From the NCBI GenBank assembly GCA_016906335.1, contig JADEYG010000004.1, forward strand, positions 1 to 64,000: DNA of 64,000 bases. The letters run 5' to 3'. Under the pieces are notes generated by a model. That model saw only the letters and a program-made list of their open reading frames with translations. It did no database searches and was not told the origin of the DNA. This DNA comes from Novakomyces olei. Taxonomy: Eukaryota. Made by a program: the position numbers and the translations under genes. Every line of letters starts with the position of its first letter. The first letter of the stretch is position 1. This document shows, piece after piece, positions 35,826 through 50,500 of the stretch.

Positions 35826-38729
35826 GACGGGCAGATCAGAGATTAGCTTTCACCTGCTAAACTGAGCTTTTGCTAAGGATTTCGTTTTAACTTTTAGTCG
35901 TTTTTGTCCACTTTAGTTTTTAAAAGCAGGTTACGACAAGATTTGATTTAACCACTTTTCTTGCCGCCGCGGATTTGTAATACCGAAGTCGACTCTTATC
36001 TTAATTCCGATTTCCTTTTGACGTAATTATAAGCGATCAATTGAGAAATAAACAAGTAATCAAAAAATGTTTCAAAATAAATATTACGTAGTTTCAGTCA
36101 AGACCACGTGAGCCGACGATAACCAAAACGCCAATATTTCCTTGTTTGATTTAGTTTATTTGCTTTTCGTTTTGTATTTATATTTTATTAGAAAGTCAAA
36201 TTATGATTGTTGGTCAAAATTGTCGGTGAACAAACAGTGTTTATTTCCTCCAAAAATCTGATCATAACCTTGAAAATACGTAAAATCATCGTGTCAGCGA
36301 GATATTGAAGCATGGGCCGCTTCATGGGACTTTTGTTTTTTGCCAATTCTAAATTTGAGTCCTCACTCTGCGTGCAGATTGGATTATTTGTTAAGGTTGA
36401 GGCACCCTTGGGTAGGATGGTACGCGTCCACCGCTACCGCGCAACAATCGTTGCGTTGATGTATTCTCAGAACTATACAACTCGAGGAAATTCAAGCATG
36501 AATTGGAGGCATTGACTGGTTCATTTAGGAGATATGACCAAATAAAATTAAATTCTCTCAAATAAGTCTTGCAGTGCATTGAAAAAGAGGAAGAAATCAT
36601 ACCACTCAGAAACCCAGACCAACCATATATGCTTCTATTGTTCTGGCTGTGTATGACGGTATCTTAGCGCGGTCGTCGAGACACAGCAAGACACAGCATG
36701 GCTTAGTGGGCTAGATAGGATACTATCTTAGAGTTGATTGAAAGTCTTTGTAAGGGCATTCGACAGATCGAGCAGAATGGTTTATTTTAGTACTACTAAC
36801 TTCAGATTCATGATCAGTATATTAAGCGCAAAATCCCACGTTTAAGGGTCGCTGATCAAAAATCTAAAACCAACAAAGGAGAGTAAAAAAAAAGGTATGA
36901 ACAACAGCGTAATTTTGCAAGAATGAAGTTTCCGAGCATCACTGGCTTTTCTACACAATTTTCCAGGATTGACATTATTTTCCTATTTTATACATATAGT
37001 ATTCGCGCGTGGGCTGTAGCCCACGCAAATGGCAGTGCACAAGGCAGCGGACAAGAGTTGACACAGATGGCAATTGGATCTATAAGCACGAACCTTCGCT
37101 TGTCGCGGCCAATGCTGCGAGATATTCGCCTCAATACTCTCTATACGCTTATTTTAATCATTCATCTCGATAGTGGGACGAGCGGCAGCCCTTGAGGCGT
37201 GTCGGATAACGGTATGCCAGCTGTGGCCTGGAAAGGAAAACGTGCATTTGGGCTAGCTGTGGAGTGCGGGAGTGTAGGAAGTTTTAATGCTATTTACAGC
37301 AAAAATCTTGTTCCATTCTCGGCGCATAGGGAACTTTTCCTGCAGCAATGGAATACAAAGGCAGGCCAATCACAGCTTTTGCGGAGCATGAATAAAACTG
37401 ACCTATTGCTGTGCCAGCCGGCACTGATAGATGTAGCTGGCTTTTGCTGGTCCAAAATAGAATTGATTAATAACAGTCAGTTCTTTCCCTGCACAGAGGG
37501 CACAATCTCTAAGCTTTTCAAAGCGAGCTATGGAACAGCGCAAAGAAGCAGCACTCGACAAGGAATACCAGCAGTTACGAACCACGGTGCTTTAAGGATA
37601 CAAAAGCCAGCGGGTCAAAAGAACATTTACAATTCCGGATGGGTTTGTAGAGTTGTACGCTTATCCATACGCGGATAATTCGAAATACAATTATTCACAT
37701 TGCTATGTGTGCCGAGAGACGACGAGCGTACAGCCAGCCATGTACTGCTCCCATAAATCAGGGTTTTCTTGAATGCTTCCAAAAAAGTAGTATGTGTGTA
37801 GTAGTATAGATTTCTTCAATTTCCTTGATCGTATACTCGAGCCACACACACATTTAAGGTTCGCACACATAAACTGTATTTTGCGCATATCACATTCTAT
37901 ACCGTATGAATTCTACTGTACGCTTTAGCGCATAGGAGCATCCCACATGTGGCGTAGGAGCCCCAATGATCTCCTGCGGCGCCCCAAAACAGCAGCCGGA
38001 ATGAAGCTGCCAGTCAACTAGCTACAAGCCTTGATCTTTATATTAAATGCAATTGCCATGAATGCAATGTTTACCTAATGTAGAACCTTGCAATCTTTTA
38101 GCTAGTCCTGCTTTGGTATTCAGAGGGTTCGTGTGCCCGATTATTTGATTCGCGGTGGAATAAGGTACCCGTGAACACGACGTATCAACAGACATTCAGC
38201 CCTGTACGTCGTTTACTTGTGTCTCTTACGTCACATTCCTGTTGGAGCAGGAGAATACTTGGGGCTAATTGGACGGGTACGTGACGGCGACGCGTTTGCA
38301 CGGTGGGCCATGAGTCGGGCAAGCGACTTGACTATGTATAGTGTACAGCTTTACAATCAATAGCATTACAACTCTGTAGCAACGCATTTTTATGTATGCA
38401 TAGTTGCATGTACTTTGCCACGCTGTGTCCAGCCCATGACTAAAAATTCATATCGGGCCGCAAATCGAAAACGCCAAGGCCGAGGTCCGAAGGGGCGATG
38501 AAGCAGGGCAAAACAAAAGCAAAACAAGGCGAAACTCGTATTGCCTAAAAGAAACACTGTAAATCATTTAGGATCGAAGGGTACCTTTTACCGTAGGGGA
38601 GAGCGATACGGAAAACGGAATTGCTCGACGAGCAAATAAACTCACTCTGCTACAGCCGCGCGCAAATGCTTAATTATTTGCATCGCTTGAATTGGCAGTA
38701 CTACGCGAACTCACTTTTCGCTGTATTAC

Positions 38730-38850
38730 TTTTGTTCTTGCTCTTTTCTCTTTTGCTCTTTTCTCTTTTGCTCTTTTGCTCTTTTCTCTTTTGCTCTTTT
38801 CTCCTTTGCTCCTACTCTATATTGTTCTTGCTCTCTTTTGCTCTTACTCT
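38730..38850. repeat. Pyrimidine-rich TTTTGCTC/TTTTCTC simple repeat
   Basis: Tandem degenerate 7-8-mers. Confidence 0.8.
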
Positions 38851-39849
38851 TACTTTCCTCCAATTACTGCCTCTCCTTCCCTCTTTTCCTCCAAATTCCT
38901 TACTATTTCCATTCCCCTACTATCGGCTCGCCCGTTACACACGGTCCGGCAAGTAATCGATGCGTGTATTCTTTTTATATCGACTTTCTTTAATTGCACG
39001 CTAGTATAGCAAAGGAACGATTTTGGCAGCGATAATCGGGTCGGCGTATGGATATTTAATACGTATGCAATACGCAGCACCATTCTCGCTTTATTTACGC
39101 CTACTCTAAAATTAAATAATAATAATCTACTGTATTTTTTATATCGCTATTCTCGGAGAGATCGGTCACGCGCAATAAACAGCGCCTCACACAGTCTGTT
39201 TTGTAGTCTTTTTCGCTCGTTCGCCTCCTGCCTCGTTTCCTCCCTCGCTCCCTCAGCCTTTCCCCTACATTTGACGAGTCTTCTTTTATTGCTGCTTTTA
39301 TTTCTGCCGCTGTTCAGTCGTTCCCCGTCCTTATCCCATCGTCTGCCCTTTTACCCCGTTCCTATCCCCACAGTATCGCAATTGCTGTGCTGCGTCCCTG
39401 CGACGGTCTGCTCGAACCTGCAAAAAGTAATAAGCATCAAGAGTAAAAGAGCCAAAGAGCCAAAGAATTGAAAATCTAAAGAATTGAAAATTTAAGAATC
39501 GGAAAACTAAGAATTGAAAAACTAGAATCAAGAATAATAGAACCAATAAACAAAAGAACTAAATAACCAGAGCCAAAGAATAACAAGGAAAAGCGAATCG
39601 TGCTCTGTACGGCTATACGCTTTGAATAAAAAGTGCGCCACTCTGGCTCTATTGAAAATCGGCATTGAGACTAATCATAGACGTCGACCGGCATTGGCAG
39701 AAGAGTGTCGTGTGACAAGTTTGCTCTGTGCCCATTTTAAGTATCGCTGATTTACGGCCAATTGCTTTCTTTCGTCGGCTCATGTACGGCATTGACCACA
39801 TTTCTGTGTGCCTTCAGTCATAGCGGCGATTCGATAAGTCTTTGTCGCT

Positions 39850-39925
39850 TTTTTTGCAATTTTTGCAATTTTTGCAATTTTGGCACTTTTTGCAAGTTTT
39901 GCTAGTTTTGCTAGTTTTGCGCTTT
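39850..39925. repeat. 9-bp tandem repeat (TTTTGCAAT/TTTTGCTAG)
   Basis: About 8 degenerate copies. Confidence 0.8.
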
Positions 39926-40223
39926 TTACGCGATTGGACGCGTGCTTTGGCGGTCCATTTGTCTGTCGGAGCAGAGTCTGTGCACGGCACCGTCTCACAC
40001 CGACTCGGCCGGCTTTACGTTCTGGTGCAGTAACTCTGTCGCTTTGCCACCAATTCAGGCTCAGTTTGAGCGTCTCTCGATCGATTGATTGGAAGAAACA
40101 CTACACTCGCTTTTGCGGTGGCTGTTTGGCTGTTTGGCTGTTTGTTGAGCTGAAAAAGGTGAAGAAGAGTGAATACAAGCAGGCAGCAGTCACTTGACAA
40201 TTTGAAGCCAATCCTTTACCAGA

Positions 40224-41799
40224 ATGGCCCTGTCTGACCGGCAGAGTGGCAGTTTTGACGGCTACTGTTTGCGCACAGACTCGCTGTCCAGCAGCGGTGC
40301 CGGCAGCAGTACAGATTCGCTGGACAAGCAAGACATATCATACATGGAAAAGGAGAGTGCGCCTCCGCCAAAGATACTGCCGAGTAGCAACAATGAAGCA
40401 GGTGTAGACTGCGTAAGTTGCAACAATAATTGCGTAAATTGCAGCCGCAATTGCAGTAATTACAACAGCATTAATTGTAATTGCAGCAACAATAATTGCA
40501 ATAACTGCAATTACAACAGCATTAATTGCAATAATTGCAGCAACAATAATTGCAGCAACAATAATTGCAATTACAACAGCATTAATTGCAGTAATTACAA
40601 CAGCATTAATTGCAATAATTGCAGCAACAATAATTGCAATAATTGCAATTGCAATGGCCATTGCAATTACAATAATTACGGCAATTGCCGTAATTACGTA
40701 ATGCAGGACAGTATCCCGCTGAGCGTGCGTTTACGAGCGCTCGCGAGGCACGTGACACTGACAGTATTAAACGAGAAATCGCCGCTACAATTGGTGGGCA
40801 TTGTTCTGTGGAATTTAGTGCCTATTCTACTATGGATCTGCACGTTCAAGAACGCACGTCTTATCCCCGCGCGGATAAGGCCTCCGATCCATGTAGACCT
40901 GTTACCCAAGTGGGAGGCAGCCGTATTTGCCACGTGGCCGGGCCTTTTTGCCAGCTCTATCACTGTCTCTGCCAGCGTCTACGGCTGCCTCTCCCGACCA
41001 CTGGCGGGCAGTGTAAGCTCTGCCACTCGGCAGAGGCTGGCCTTGTTAGCGGCTCTTTTGCCAATGGCACTAAACGGCCTCTATACTCTACGGCTGCCGC
41101 TGACGGCAGTTAAAGACGTGGCTGCTTGGATCCCCTATGGAGTTTTGCACTTTGCCAGCCCTTTCCTAACGGCCGCCTACTGCTGGCTCTCAGCTCCTCC
41201 AGGAGCCCTCGGCATCTATGGCCGTGCTTTTGGCACTCAAAACGTGGTCGGAGTTTTGGCCCATTTGTGCCTGCCAACGGCAGCTCCGTGGTACTCGACG
41301 GACGAGTACGGGTACGGAGAGCCGCCTCGGCCGGGAAACTATTCTCTCCCGGGCTCAGCCGCCGGACTGAAACGCGTAGATCACGTGCTCGGCACTCATA
41401 TTTACACTCACGCGTTTCACGCGTCACCCCTTGTTTTTGGCGCCTTTCCGTCCCTGCACTCTGCTTTTGCCGTACTTAACGCGTTTTTTATTGGCCGTTA
41501 CGCGTCTCCCCCTTTACGTGCAGCAGTAGCCTGCTTTGTCGCGTGGCAGTGGTGGGCGACCATGTACCTCCTCCACCACTGGCGCATCGACCTGCTCAGC
41601 GGCGCTGCCCTCTCTGCCACTGTTTTTGCCGCCTATTTGCCTTTTCTACGGAGGTACGAGCACCGGGCACAGCTGCACGGCCGCCGGACTGGGTGGGAGC
41701 GGTTATGGCGGGTCGAGCCTGCTCTCAACCGCCGCCTCTTGCTCGATTACCGGCCCGTCGATACGGAGGAGGAGGCGTGCGATGCTTGGTCGAGTGATT

Positions 41800-41801
<2 letters not shown>
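40224..41801 (+). CDS. IPT1: Inositolphosphotransferase (AUR1/IPT1 PAP2 family), probably IPT1
   Basis: PTAAPWY, GAFPSLHSA, WWATMYLLHHWRIDL (HHW as I recall for Ipt1, versus HHY in Aur1); probable in-frame intron 40413-40706. Confidence 0.8.
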
Positions 41802-42310
<509 letters not shown>

Positions 42311-43644
42311 GATTCCGATTTTAATCGATTATACCGATTATCACTCGACTTTAATTGCTTGAGCATTACCATCTAATCAAGCGCTCTGTTGTGTTCAGCG
42401 CTCTGTCCCTTTCAGCGCTCTGTCCCTTTCAGCGCTTTTCACACAAGTGTTACGTGTATACTGTTGCTGTTGTATCTTTGTATATGGCGCAGTCTAGCCT
42501 GCCAGTCACAAATACTGTGACTGCACTAAATTGCTGCAGAATCGATTGTTGCATTATTGCTGTCAAAAATGGCCAGGTCTTTGCAGTAGCTGGCTGCTTG
42601 CTGAGAACCCGTTTGTCCTTGCAACCTCTTTACTCTTACCCATTGTTTTTAACGGATCCTTTTCAAGGTCACATTCACTCAAAAAGTCTTGGTTTTAATT
42701 CAAAGAGTGGCACAGTGTGGCATTGGCTGTCTACACGCAATCCAGTCCTCGAATTTTGTTATATTGTTTTGCGAGAATTTTGTGTTTTCCGCGTTTGTTT
42801 TGTCGATCATAATCGCGTATAATTTTGTCTGCCATTTTTAAAGCTTTACTCGTGGGAGTATGTGAAAAACCGGGTTTATTCGCATTTAGCTACGTATTTG
42901 ACTGGCAATTGGCCACTGCCAGCATCCGTGTATGAATATTACTGATACTAATGAATAGCTTTCAATCCGGCCGCTTTGCCCGTGTCAATTGCAGTTTTGT
43001 TTTACTTTAACGCCCAAAATTTGGTGCTTTTTCTCCCACATTTGCCGGGGTCCGCATAAAAATCTACTCTTGAATACTTATAATTAATATTAATACTAAT
43101 ACTAATATGAACCGCTTTTTATTGCCACAAAGGCTCTTTAGACTGCTTTTTGGTTATGTACGCAATGTATATTATCCCCCGTTTGATGTTCCGCCCAACA
43201 GCAATGACGTCAGATAAACAAGAGTATAAAAGCCTACAGCTACAAACAATCTGCACTCGACTGGTAAAGTCAACGGTTATTACTATTCTGCTTTCTAAAA
43301 CCCAGTAGCATTTATATCGTCTTGCAACAAAAATTTAAAACAAAGCTTGTAGCGCAAATGAAAAGAGCGCGAAAACCCGTGCAAATGTAAGATAAATAAG
43401 AGACCACTTGTAAATGATGAAACTTGTCAAAAATTTAGACTAGACATGATGAGTAGAGTGTCGGCCAAATGAATGTAAATAAAATAATTGTAGATAAAAT
43501 AATAGTGAATAAAGCAATAGTAAATAAAACAACAGTTGATAGAAAATAGATGAAAATAAAAAATAAATAAAAATAAAAAACAAATAAAAGCAATAATAAA
43601 AGCAACGAGCTGGTCATAGTAACGAGCCGATAAGCACGGCCTGC

Positions 43645-45084
43645 TTATGAAGCGAGAGCCGCCTCGAGTGGGCGGGCTACACGTGACGACTGCAGGCCGG
43701 CGCGTACAATATTCTGGCCATTGCCATCGACGGGCAAGTCCTTGCCCGTGGAAGAGCCAGCGCCTCCGCGTTTCCAAATTTCGACCTCCATACCGCCACG
43801 GACAACAGCGACACGGTAGTTGGAGAGCAAATTATGGGCTCCATTTGAATGGTCGTAAACGCCTCCATTAAAAGCGGCAGTAGCGTCTCGGGACACGTAA
43901 GCCTTTATGAGAGACTGCCCGCCAGGATGGTCGAACCCCGTCATATCGTGGACGACGCCAGCGATAAGAACGAGCGGCCTTGTCTTTGCCTGTGCCTTGA
44001 AATCCTCAAACTCCATAACGGGCAGCGACGCTAGCGGAATGCCCCAGTCGAGACGCGATCGCCAACGGTCCAGCTTCTTTTGCTTTTGCTGAACCAGACC
44101 CTTTTCGATTTCGTTGGAGGGGAACGTCTTGAGCCCGTACGCCAGGCCCATTGCTTTAAACAGTATAATAACATACTTTGTCGGATCATATTGGTACCAT
44201 AGCAGAGCATTTCGGAAATCGTTGGGAAAAGAATGGTGAAAGTTGTGGTAACCTTCGCCAAGAGTGGCAAAAGCGGTGAGCATATGGTCTCTCGGGGACT
44301 GACTATCGTCAAACGGCTGCTCGCCGAGCCAATGGGCCAAAGAATTGACGCAAAAAGTAGCGTGGTGGACAAACATGAGCCGCAGTATGCCTGCGTAAAT
44401 GTACCCTCCACGCCAGTCGCCCCAGCCGAGTCCGGCTACGAGTGTCGGGAACCCGAGGCCCATAAAGAAGGCGAGTTTCAAATAGTTTCGGTGCTGGAAA
44501 ACGACGACGGGGTCCTGGTTCAGGTCAGAGATATCACAGCGGCCGCGTTTCTTGGGGTTCTGTTTAAGTAACATCCAACCAACGTGAGAGTACCAAAAGC
44601 CCTTGCGCACACTGTACGGATCGCGTTCCGTGTCCGTATAACGATGGTGAGAACGGTGGTCACGTGACCACCAGCGGATAGAGCCCTCAAAGGCGCCTGA
44701 GCCACAGAGCATAAAGAGGATGCGCAGCGGCAGGCGGGCAGAGTAGGAGCGGTGGGCCCATAGTCTGTGGTACCCGGCAGTCACACCGAGACCCGTGAGA
44801 AAGTAGTAGATGACGGAGAGAAGGGCCGTCTTGCGCTGCAGTGGGGTAAAGCAGGCTCCGACTATGCCGATAATCGGGACGACTACGAGCGGAACAAAGG
44901 ATACCCAGTTGATCTTTTGCGTCCAGTTCTGCCACGTAAATGGCTGATCCACAAGGTGAACCGCCAACTCGGAGCGGCCGATACTCTTCACGTCCTCTTC
45001 CGCCTGTTTGGCCGCTGAGGAAGAAGCGGAGTGTGGCACAGTACGCTCTCTCAGCGATCCGGGATCACTGCCAGCTGCAGACAT
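43645..45084 (-). CDS. OLE1: Delta-9 acyl-CoA desaturase with C-terminal cytochrome b5
   Basis: His boxes HRLWAH, HRSHH, HNFHH; b5 HPGG motif. Confidence 0.97.
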   Translation of the reverse strand: MSAAGSDPGSLRERTVPHSASSSAAKQAEEDVKSIGRSELAVHLVDQPFTWQNWTQKINWVSFVPLVVVPIIGIVGACFTPLQRKTALLSVIYYFLTGLGVTAGYHRLWAHRSYSARLPLRILFMLCGSGAFEGSIRWWSRDHRSHHRYTDTERDPYSVRKGFWYSHVGWMLLKQNPKKRGRCDISDLNQDPVVVFQHRNYLKLAFFMGLGFPTLVAGLGWGDWRGGYIYAGILRLMFVHHATFCVNSLAHWLGEQPFDDSQSPRDHMLTAFATLGEGYHNFHHSFPNDFRNALLWYQYDPTKYVIILFKAMGLAYGLKTFPSNEIEKGLVQQKQKKLDRWRSRLDWGIPLASLPVMEFEDFKAQAKTRPLVLIAGVVHDMTGFDHPGGQSLIKAYVSRDATAAFNGGVYDHSNGAHNLLSNYRVAVVRGGMEVEIWKRGGAGSSTGKDLPVDGNGQNIVRAGLQSSRVARPLEAALAS

Positions 45085-45297
45085 TCTCGCAAGGGCAGTT
45101 GGGAGAGTGTGAGAAATACCGCGTTAATCCAGGTCTCGGACTGATTGGCAAAGGAGACGTTTGTATGCCGTCACTCGCGTACACAGGTGACGTATGCTAC
45201 TTTGCCGCAACAACGAGCAGTGAAAATGCACACTTTAATAAAGTGGTTTGCAACAAAGAGTTGGAAGCTGCCGGCTGATATTTGTCGACAGGTAAAT

Positions 45298-45520
45298 GTG
45301 TGTATATAAATATTGTATATATATATACGTGTGTGTGTATATATATATATAAAATATTTATATATAAAATATTTATATATAAAATATGTATATATGTATA
45401 TATGTATATATGTATATATGTATATATGTATATGTGCGTGTGTGTATATATATGTATTATATATAAAATATATAAAATACACAAAATATAAAATATATTG
45501 ATGGAAATGCGTATATATAC
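45298..45520. repeat. AT/GT-rich microsatellite upstream of OLE1
   Basis: (TA)n and (TATATATG)n runs. Confidence 0.85.
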
Positions 45521-46689
45521 GAATCTGGATAATGCTGTATGGCACGATAATTAGACGGATTTCAAGTAATCAGCGAATAGTGATTCTCAAACTAAATTCT
45601 CACGCTCTTATGGCGCCGGCTATAATGTGCACAAACAAGTGAGTGGCTTTTGACAGCTGATTTGCGGGTTCGTTGACGTACGAAAATTCAAGACGGACCG
45701 TTTAAGGGACAGCTGAACGGTCCAAAGGATGTAAGCAGTCTAATCTAGTTACATTTAATTTCTGTCGTAAGTCGACAGAGAATGATAATAATCCAATCAG
45801 CCTTTTCCCTATTACGATAAGGGGTTTGTGTCGAGCTCGATTAGTCGCACGCACGACGAATTATATTGCGGCTATAGCTCATTCATTGTCTTTTAATATA
45901 TGCCACGATACGCTGAAGAGAACATTATGAGTTTATGGTACAATTGACAGTCTATGATGTAATAAGTAACGTAAATTAACTTGAATAAAGAAAGTAAATT
46001 CATAAATAAAGTAATTTAATTAATAAAGTAATTTAATAATGAAGTAATTCAATAATGTCTCCATTATGACATGATGAACCACATAATTCTTGTGTCATTG
46101 CGATTCTCGTACAAATTTCTTGTCTGAACCATTTAGTCCGGATAACGATATTGCCGCTAACATTCAAGCTCAAACACCTAATTAATTGGCTCTGCTCATG
46201 TTTGGACAGGCACAATGCATAGCATCTAGATCTCACTTGCGTTGCTTGCAAGTAAAATTGTTACGATTGGATGTTTTCATATTCACTTTAATACTCGAGT
46301 TTTTCGAGGCTATACTTTACACTTAAACTTAAACGCAAAGGTCGCACTGCTATTATTTCATGTGCTTTCCCCTGTTTGATCAGATTTCAATTATGTACAA
46401 TTGCTCTAGTTTACAGCAGCGACCAGTATAGTATGTAATCAGCATTGTCTGAATCGCAATATACCTGTTACTATAATTACACACGGCCACATCCTCAAAG
46501 ACCTCAAAACAGTAAACTAGATATAAAAAGCCATTAAACATAAAGATAAACATGATGGCTATAGAACAATAAAGGCAACAATACAATCAGGTCTGCTCGC
46601 AGAATTGATTCTAAAAGTATAAAGAGTCAAACAGCCAAAGCAAAGCAAATAAACATTCAAGAAAGACAACACTAGAAATACACAACCGC

Positions 46690-49600
46690 CTACAACTCTT
46701 TATTTTCCTCGGAGCGCAGACGGGCAAAAGTAAACATCCGCAGTAAACCCCGGTTCCAAGGGTGGTCTGTATCATGCACCAGGGTCTTGGCTGCACTTAG
46801 GTCTTCGCCTTCCAACAACATTGATCCATGCAATTTCAGTCGATAAATTTCATTCTCCCGCTCTTGAGCCGACGGCCTTAGAGTCCCGTCATCCCACATT
46901 GAGGCAATAACATCGAGGACAGACGTCAATGTATGCCTGGGCTCAAACTGATCGAGCCATCTCAGCTGTGCCACCAACCAGGGCCTTGTTTCCCGCTTGC
47001 GTCGTCCCAGCTCTACCATTACAAGCAATTGCGCCCTTCTCAGTGGTGCAATCCGTGCCACATCTTGGAGGGAGGGCTCTTGCAGGGAAGAAAGGCTCTT
47101 CATCACAGCGGCATAAAAGATACAGCACTGCTCTCCCAGCTCAATGCACCTGGCTTCAACTCGGTTTTGCAGGTCCGGATCGACCCCGTTCATCCGGTCT
47201 ATTGCGTGCCATATTACCTGGTAAATCATTAAACGAAACGCTAATAAACGCGCCAGTACCGCGTTTACCGACCACCAACGCGTTACGCGTTTAGTGACCC
47301 AAGTTTCCGGAACATTCTGACCGCCATTGACGTCACTGCCACCCAATTCGGCAGTGGCTTCGAGGGCGGACCCGAAAATACTTTCAATCTCGGCAAATTT
47401 ATTATTCATCTCCAACAGGCTTCGTATAAACCCGGAGCCAACTGCCGAGCTGGCGCCCTGCGCAAGCTGTGAGCAGTACCCGCAAATCTCAATGACAACG
47501 GGTCCGGATTGGACTAAAAACTCGGCTTCACACAGCGCCACTCGGCAATCAAGTTCTTTAGCACTGTTTTGCAAATCAAAGCCCGGCTTCTGCTCTTGAC
47601 TGGCGGCTGCCAGCATTGCCTTTCGTGTGTCACGTGCACCCACACTGTACTCGTGTGGGATAAGGGGCACGTTTGACGTCATATAGCACCACAGTTGCTC
47701 CATTAAACGGTACCACAGGACAATAGTGCCCCGATAACGGCCCACGGAGATATCGTGAGGAGTCCAAAGTGCCGTAATGAGATTGGAGACGCCCTGCAAG
47801 TGGCGGGACCACTGTAACTGGGCTCCCTGCATATGATCAACAAAGGCGAGTAGTAGAGCCGTGCAAATAGGCTCCTCTGCACGGCGCAAAAGATCATCGT
47901 TTGCTGCTAATTCTACTTGTGTTTGTCTGACGGCCATATCGTACCACTCAACAGCCCACTGACGATGCTGCTGACGGCTAAACTGAGGCAGTGTCTCACA
48001 GCGGACCTGAGAGGGTAGAACTTGCAGCCGAAAGGCGGCATCTGCCGCAATTGCATACGTCAAAGCCGATGAACGTGCTTCCGCAGCAATTACGTAAAGC
48101 CCGTCGGAAAAGAACTGGTCAATATCGACTTCCAGCCCGTAACAGCCGCTCTGTATATTCCGACGGTGCCATTCAACATGGCTAACGACCGCAAAAGTAG
48201 TATCACTTGCGGCTAGCTCGGGTTCAGGATCTGCAGGAGAAGCGTAGAATCTACCGCTGTCAAATTGCTCACGCTGCAAGTTATTGCCGACTATTTGATT
48301 GGACTGATCTGCGTCACTGCCAGCCCTCGGGTCCAACTTCATAATCTCCTCTTTTGCCCGGCCAATTGCCCTGTCTAAGCCAATCACGGACGACTCAATA
48401 TCTCTACTCGCCTCGCTGACTGAGCCTTGCTTCAGTAGTGCAGACGCTTGCCGCTGTTGTAACGGCTCTTGGAAAAGATCGGTGCCTGGTATTATCGGCT
48501 TCTCGTCACGCAGATTGCCTCTCACTACTGCCTTTGGCAAACCTTTCTTGTCCTGCTGTGGGCCAATCGAAGGCAGGTAGGGCGTCTGCCATGGTTGTTC
48601 CTGATAATAGGCTGTTTTAAGGTCGGTTCCACTTTCATTAAAACCAACAGAGACGGCAGACTGTACCGAATGTGCCGAATGTGCTTGTTGCAAAGAGAGA
48701 GAGTTCACCGTCGTTGACCGTGGCACAATCGGCTCTGTCTTTGCTTCGGTCAGGGACGAAGATGATGTGAGTAAACCGGGATCCGTGCCATTAAACGATG
48801 AAATAAAACCCGGCCCATAAACTCCGCTAACCCCTTTTCCATACTCATCTTCGCCCTGAGAAAAGGGAAGCGGAAAGCCCTGAACGCCTGCTAAAGGCAG
48901 CGCAATAAACGGGCTTTTAGGGTCCTTTGAATTAAAACTTTCCGTAGAATGTGGAGATAATGTTTGATTGTTTGTCGTGGAAGATGTTTGCCCTGACCCG
49001 CCTCCGCCTGACTCTGCATCTGGCGAAATCGAGGACTCTCCATAACCAGAGGACGTTTTTGGAGCCGGCCAGTTACACGGGCGGCCAAGCCGCTGACACC
49101 TTACACACACGGGTTTGGCCTCGTCGCATTTGACGCGACGGACTCGGCACGTTAAGCATCCTGAAATTAGAACTGAGCATTACTGACAGAAAGCGGCTAG
49201 CAAAGGGGATGAAGTTAAATAAAATGCTACTTAAAATCGGCCATGGGAATTGCTTGATGAAATCCAATCATCAAAAACGATCAAATAGATCTTGATAGAT
49301 CTTGATAGATCTTAACAAGTTGATGGTTTGGTTTTTGTGAGCAGAGGAAAAGAACTCAATCCAGTCATCGTCAACTCTAATGTCCCACAAGGAAGGCATT
49401 ATCACCAAACTTTAGGAATCTGAATACCTTGTTCAAACAATTCAAAAATAAACAAAAAAAAATAAGAAAGAAAATAATTAGAAAAAGCCGAAATCAGCTC
49501 CATCTAGCACTTTAAGCCCACAGCTCAAGTATATTATCCCGTTTATACACAGAGAAATAATAACCCCGACCTTGAGCCGATTCAGCTCGTTTCCAAATAC

Positions 49601-49709
49601 AAATAAAACCTCTTATAATTGACCTACCCGTCCGTGAGCGGTTGTGCTTCTTACGGAGATGGCTGCGGCGCTCACGCCGAGAAGCATTCTCTACAGCCGC
49701 AGCCACCAT
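46690..49709 (-). CDS. Zn(II)2Cys6 transcription factor (2 exons)
   Basis: Exon 1 (ATG 49709, ..KHNRSRTG) spliced across intron 49161-49627 to CLTCRVRRVKCDEAKPVCVRCQRLGRPCNW; WSRHLQG middle region. Confidence 0.88.
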
Positions 49710-50387
49710 CGAGCTAAAGATCTCCGCAGTGCGCGACAGGCACACTGACTAAATCGTCTCTAGCGCCAGAATGATCCCCGTAAAACCAAATGAATCTGTC
49801 AAAAAAAAAAATAGTGATGCGAAAGAAACCCCGCCCCTCAATTGAGTGGGACACGGTCTAATGTGTCTGGAGACGGGCTATTCAGTACTGTAGGGTGTAA
49901 GATTGCAGAGACTGTTCGCGAATTAATAACCCGATTTCTTTCAATGCCAAAACGGCCGTCGATGGAGCAGTACGACACAGGTGTATTTCGGAAATATCAG
50001 CACTAGCTAAGCAAGCGATCAGCGAAAAGTCGTTGTTATATCGCGCGTACTTTGATCTGCGGCACAAGTGCCTGCGTGGGCGGCGCTTAGCCTTACTTGT
50101 AATCCCATAGGGTTACTTTACAAAGAACATGCTGGGGTTACCAATTCGGGACGGAAGCATATTGCAGGGCTGCATTTTACCAAGTCATACAACAGCAGAC
50201 TGACCTGTGATGATTGCCGCTCTGAATGTGTGCTATTACTCAGTGCACTACGGGTTCTAGGGTTGGCTGAGCCTAAGCGGTTAACTGATGATGAATACGG
50301 CTCAAGCTGTCGTATAGCTACAAGAAGGGTTCATTTCGCTGCGTATTCCTCACTGCTCAGTGGGCGGCAAGTAGGCGCAGTAGATTA

Positions 50388-50500
50388 AATAAATTTGGGG
50401 TTACGAAATAAGTTTGGAATTACAAAATAAGTTTGGAGTTACAAAATAAGTTTGGAGTTACGAAATAAGTTTGGAATTACGAAATAAATTTGGAATTACG
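50388..50500. repeat. 19-bp minisatellite TTACRAAATAAGTTTGGAR, ~5.5 copies
   Basis: Direct tandem repeats. Confidence 0.9.

Noticed and set aside
37199-37678. 159-aa ORF in the long intergenic region (also 42355-42822)
   Set aside because: Non-ATG start and no recognisable motifs.
46071-46127. Box C (ATGATGA) and box D (CTGA) snoRNA candidate
   Set aside because: Short, no terminal stem, no convincing rRNA guide recognised.
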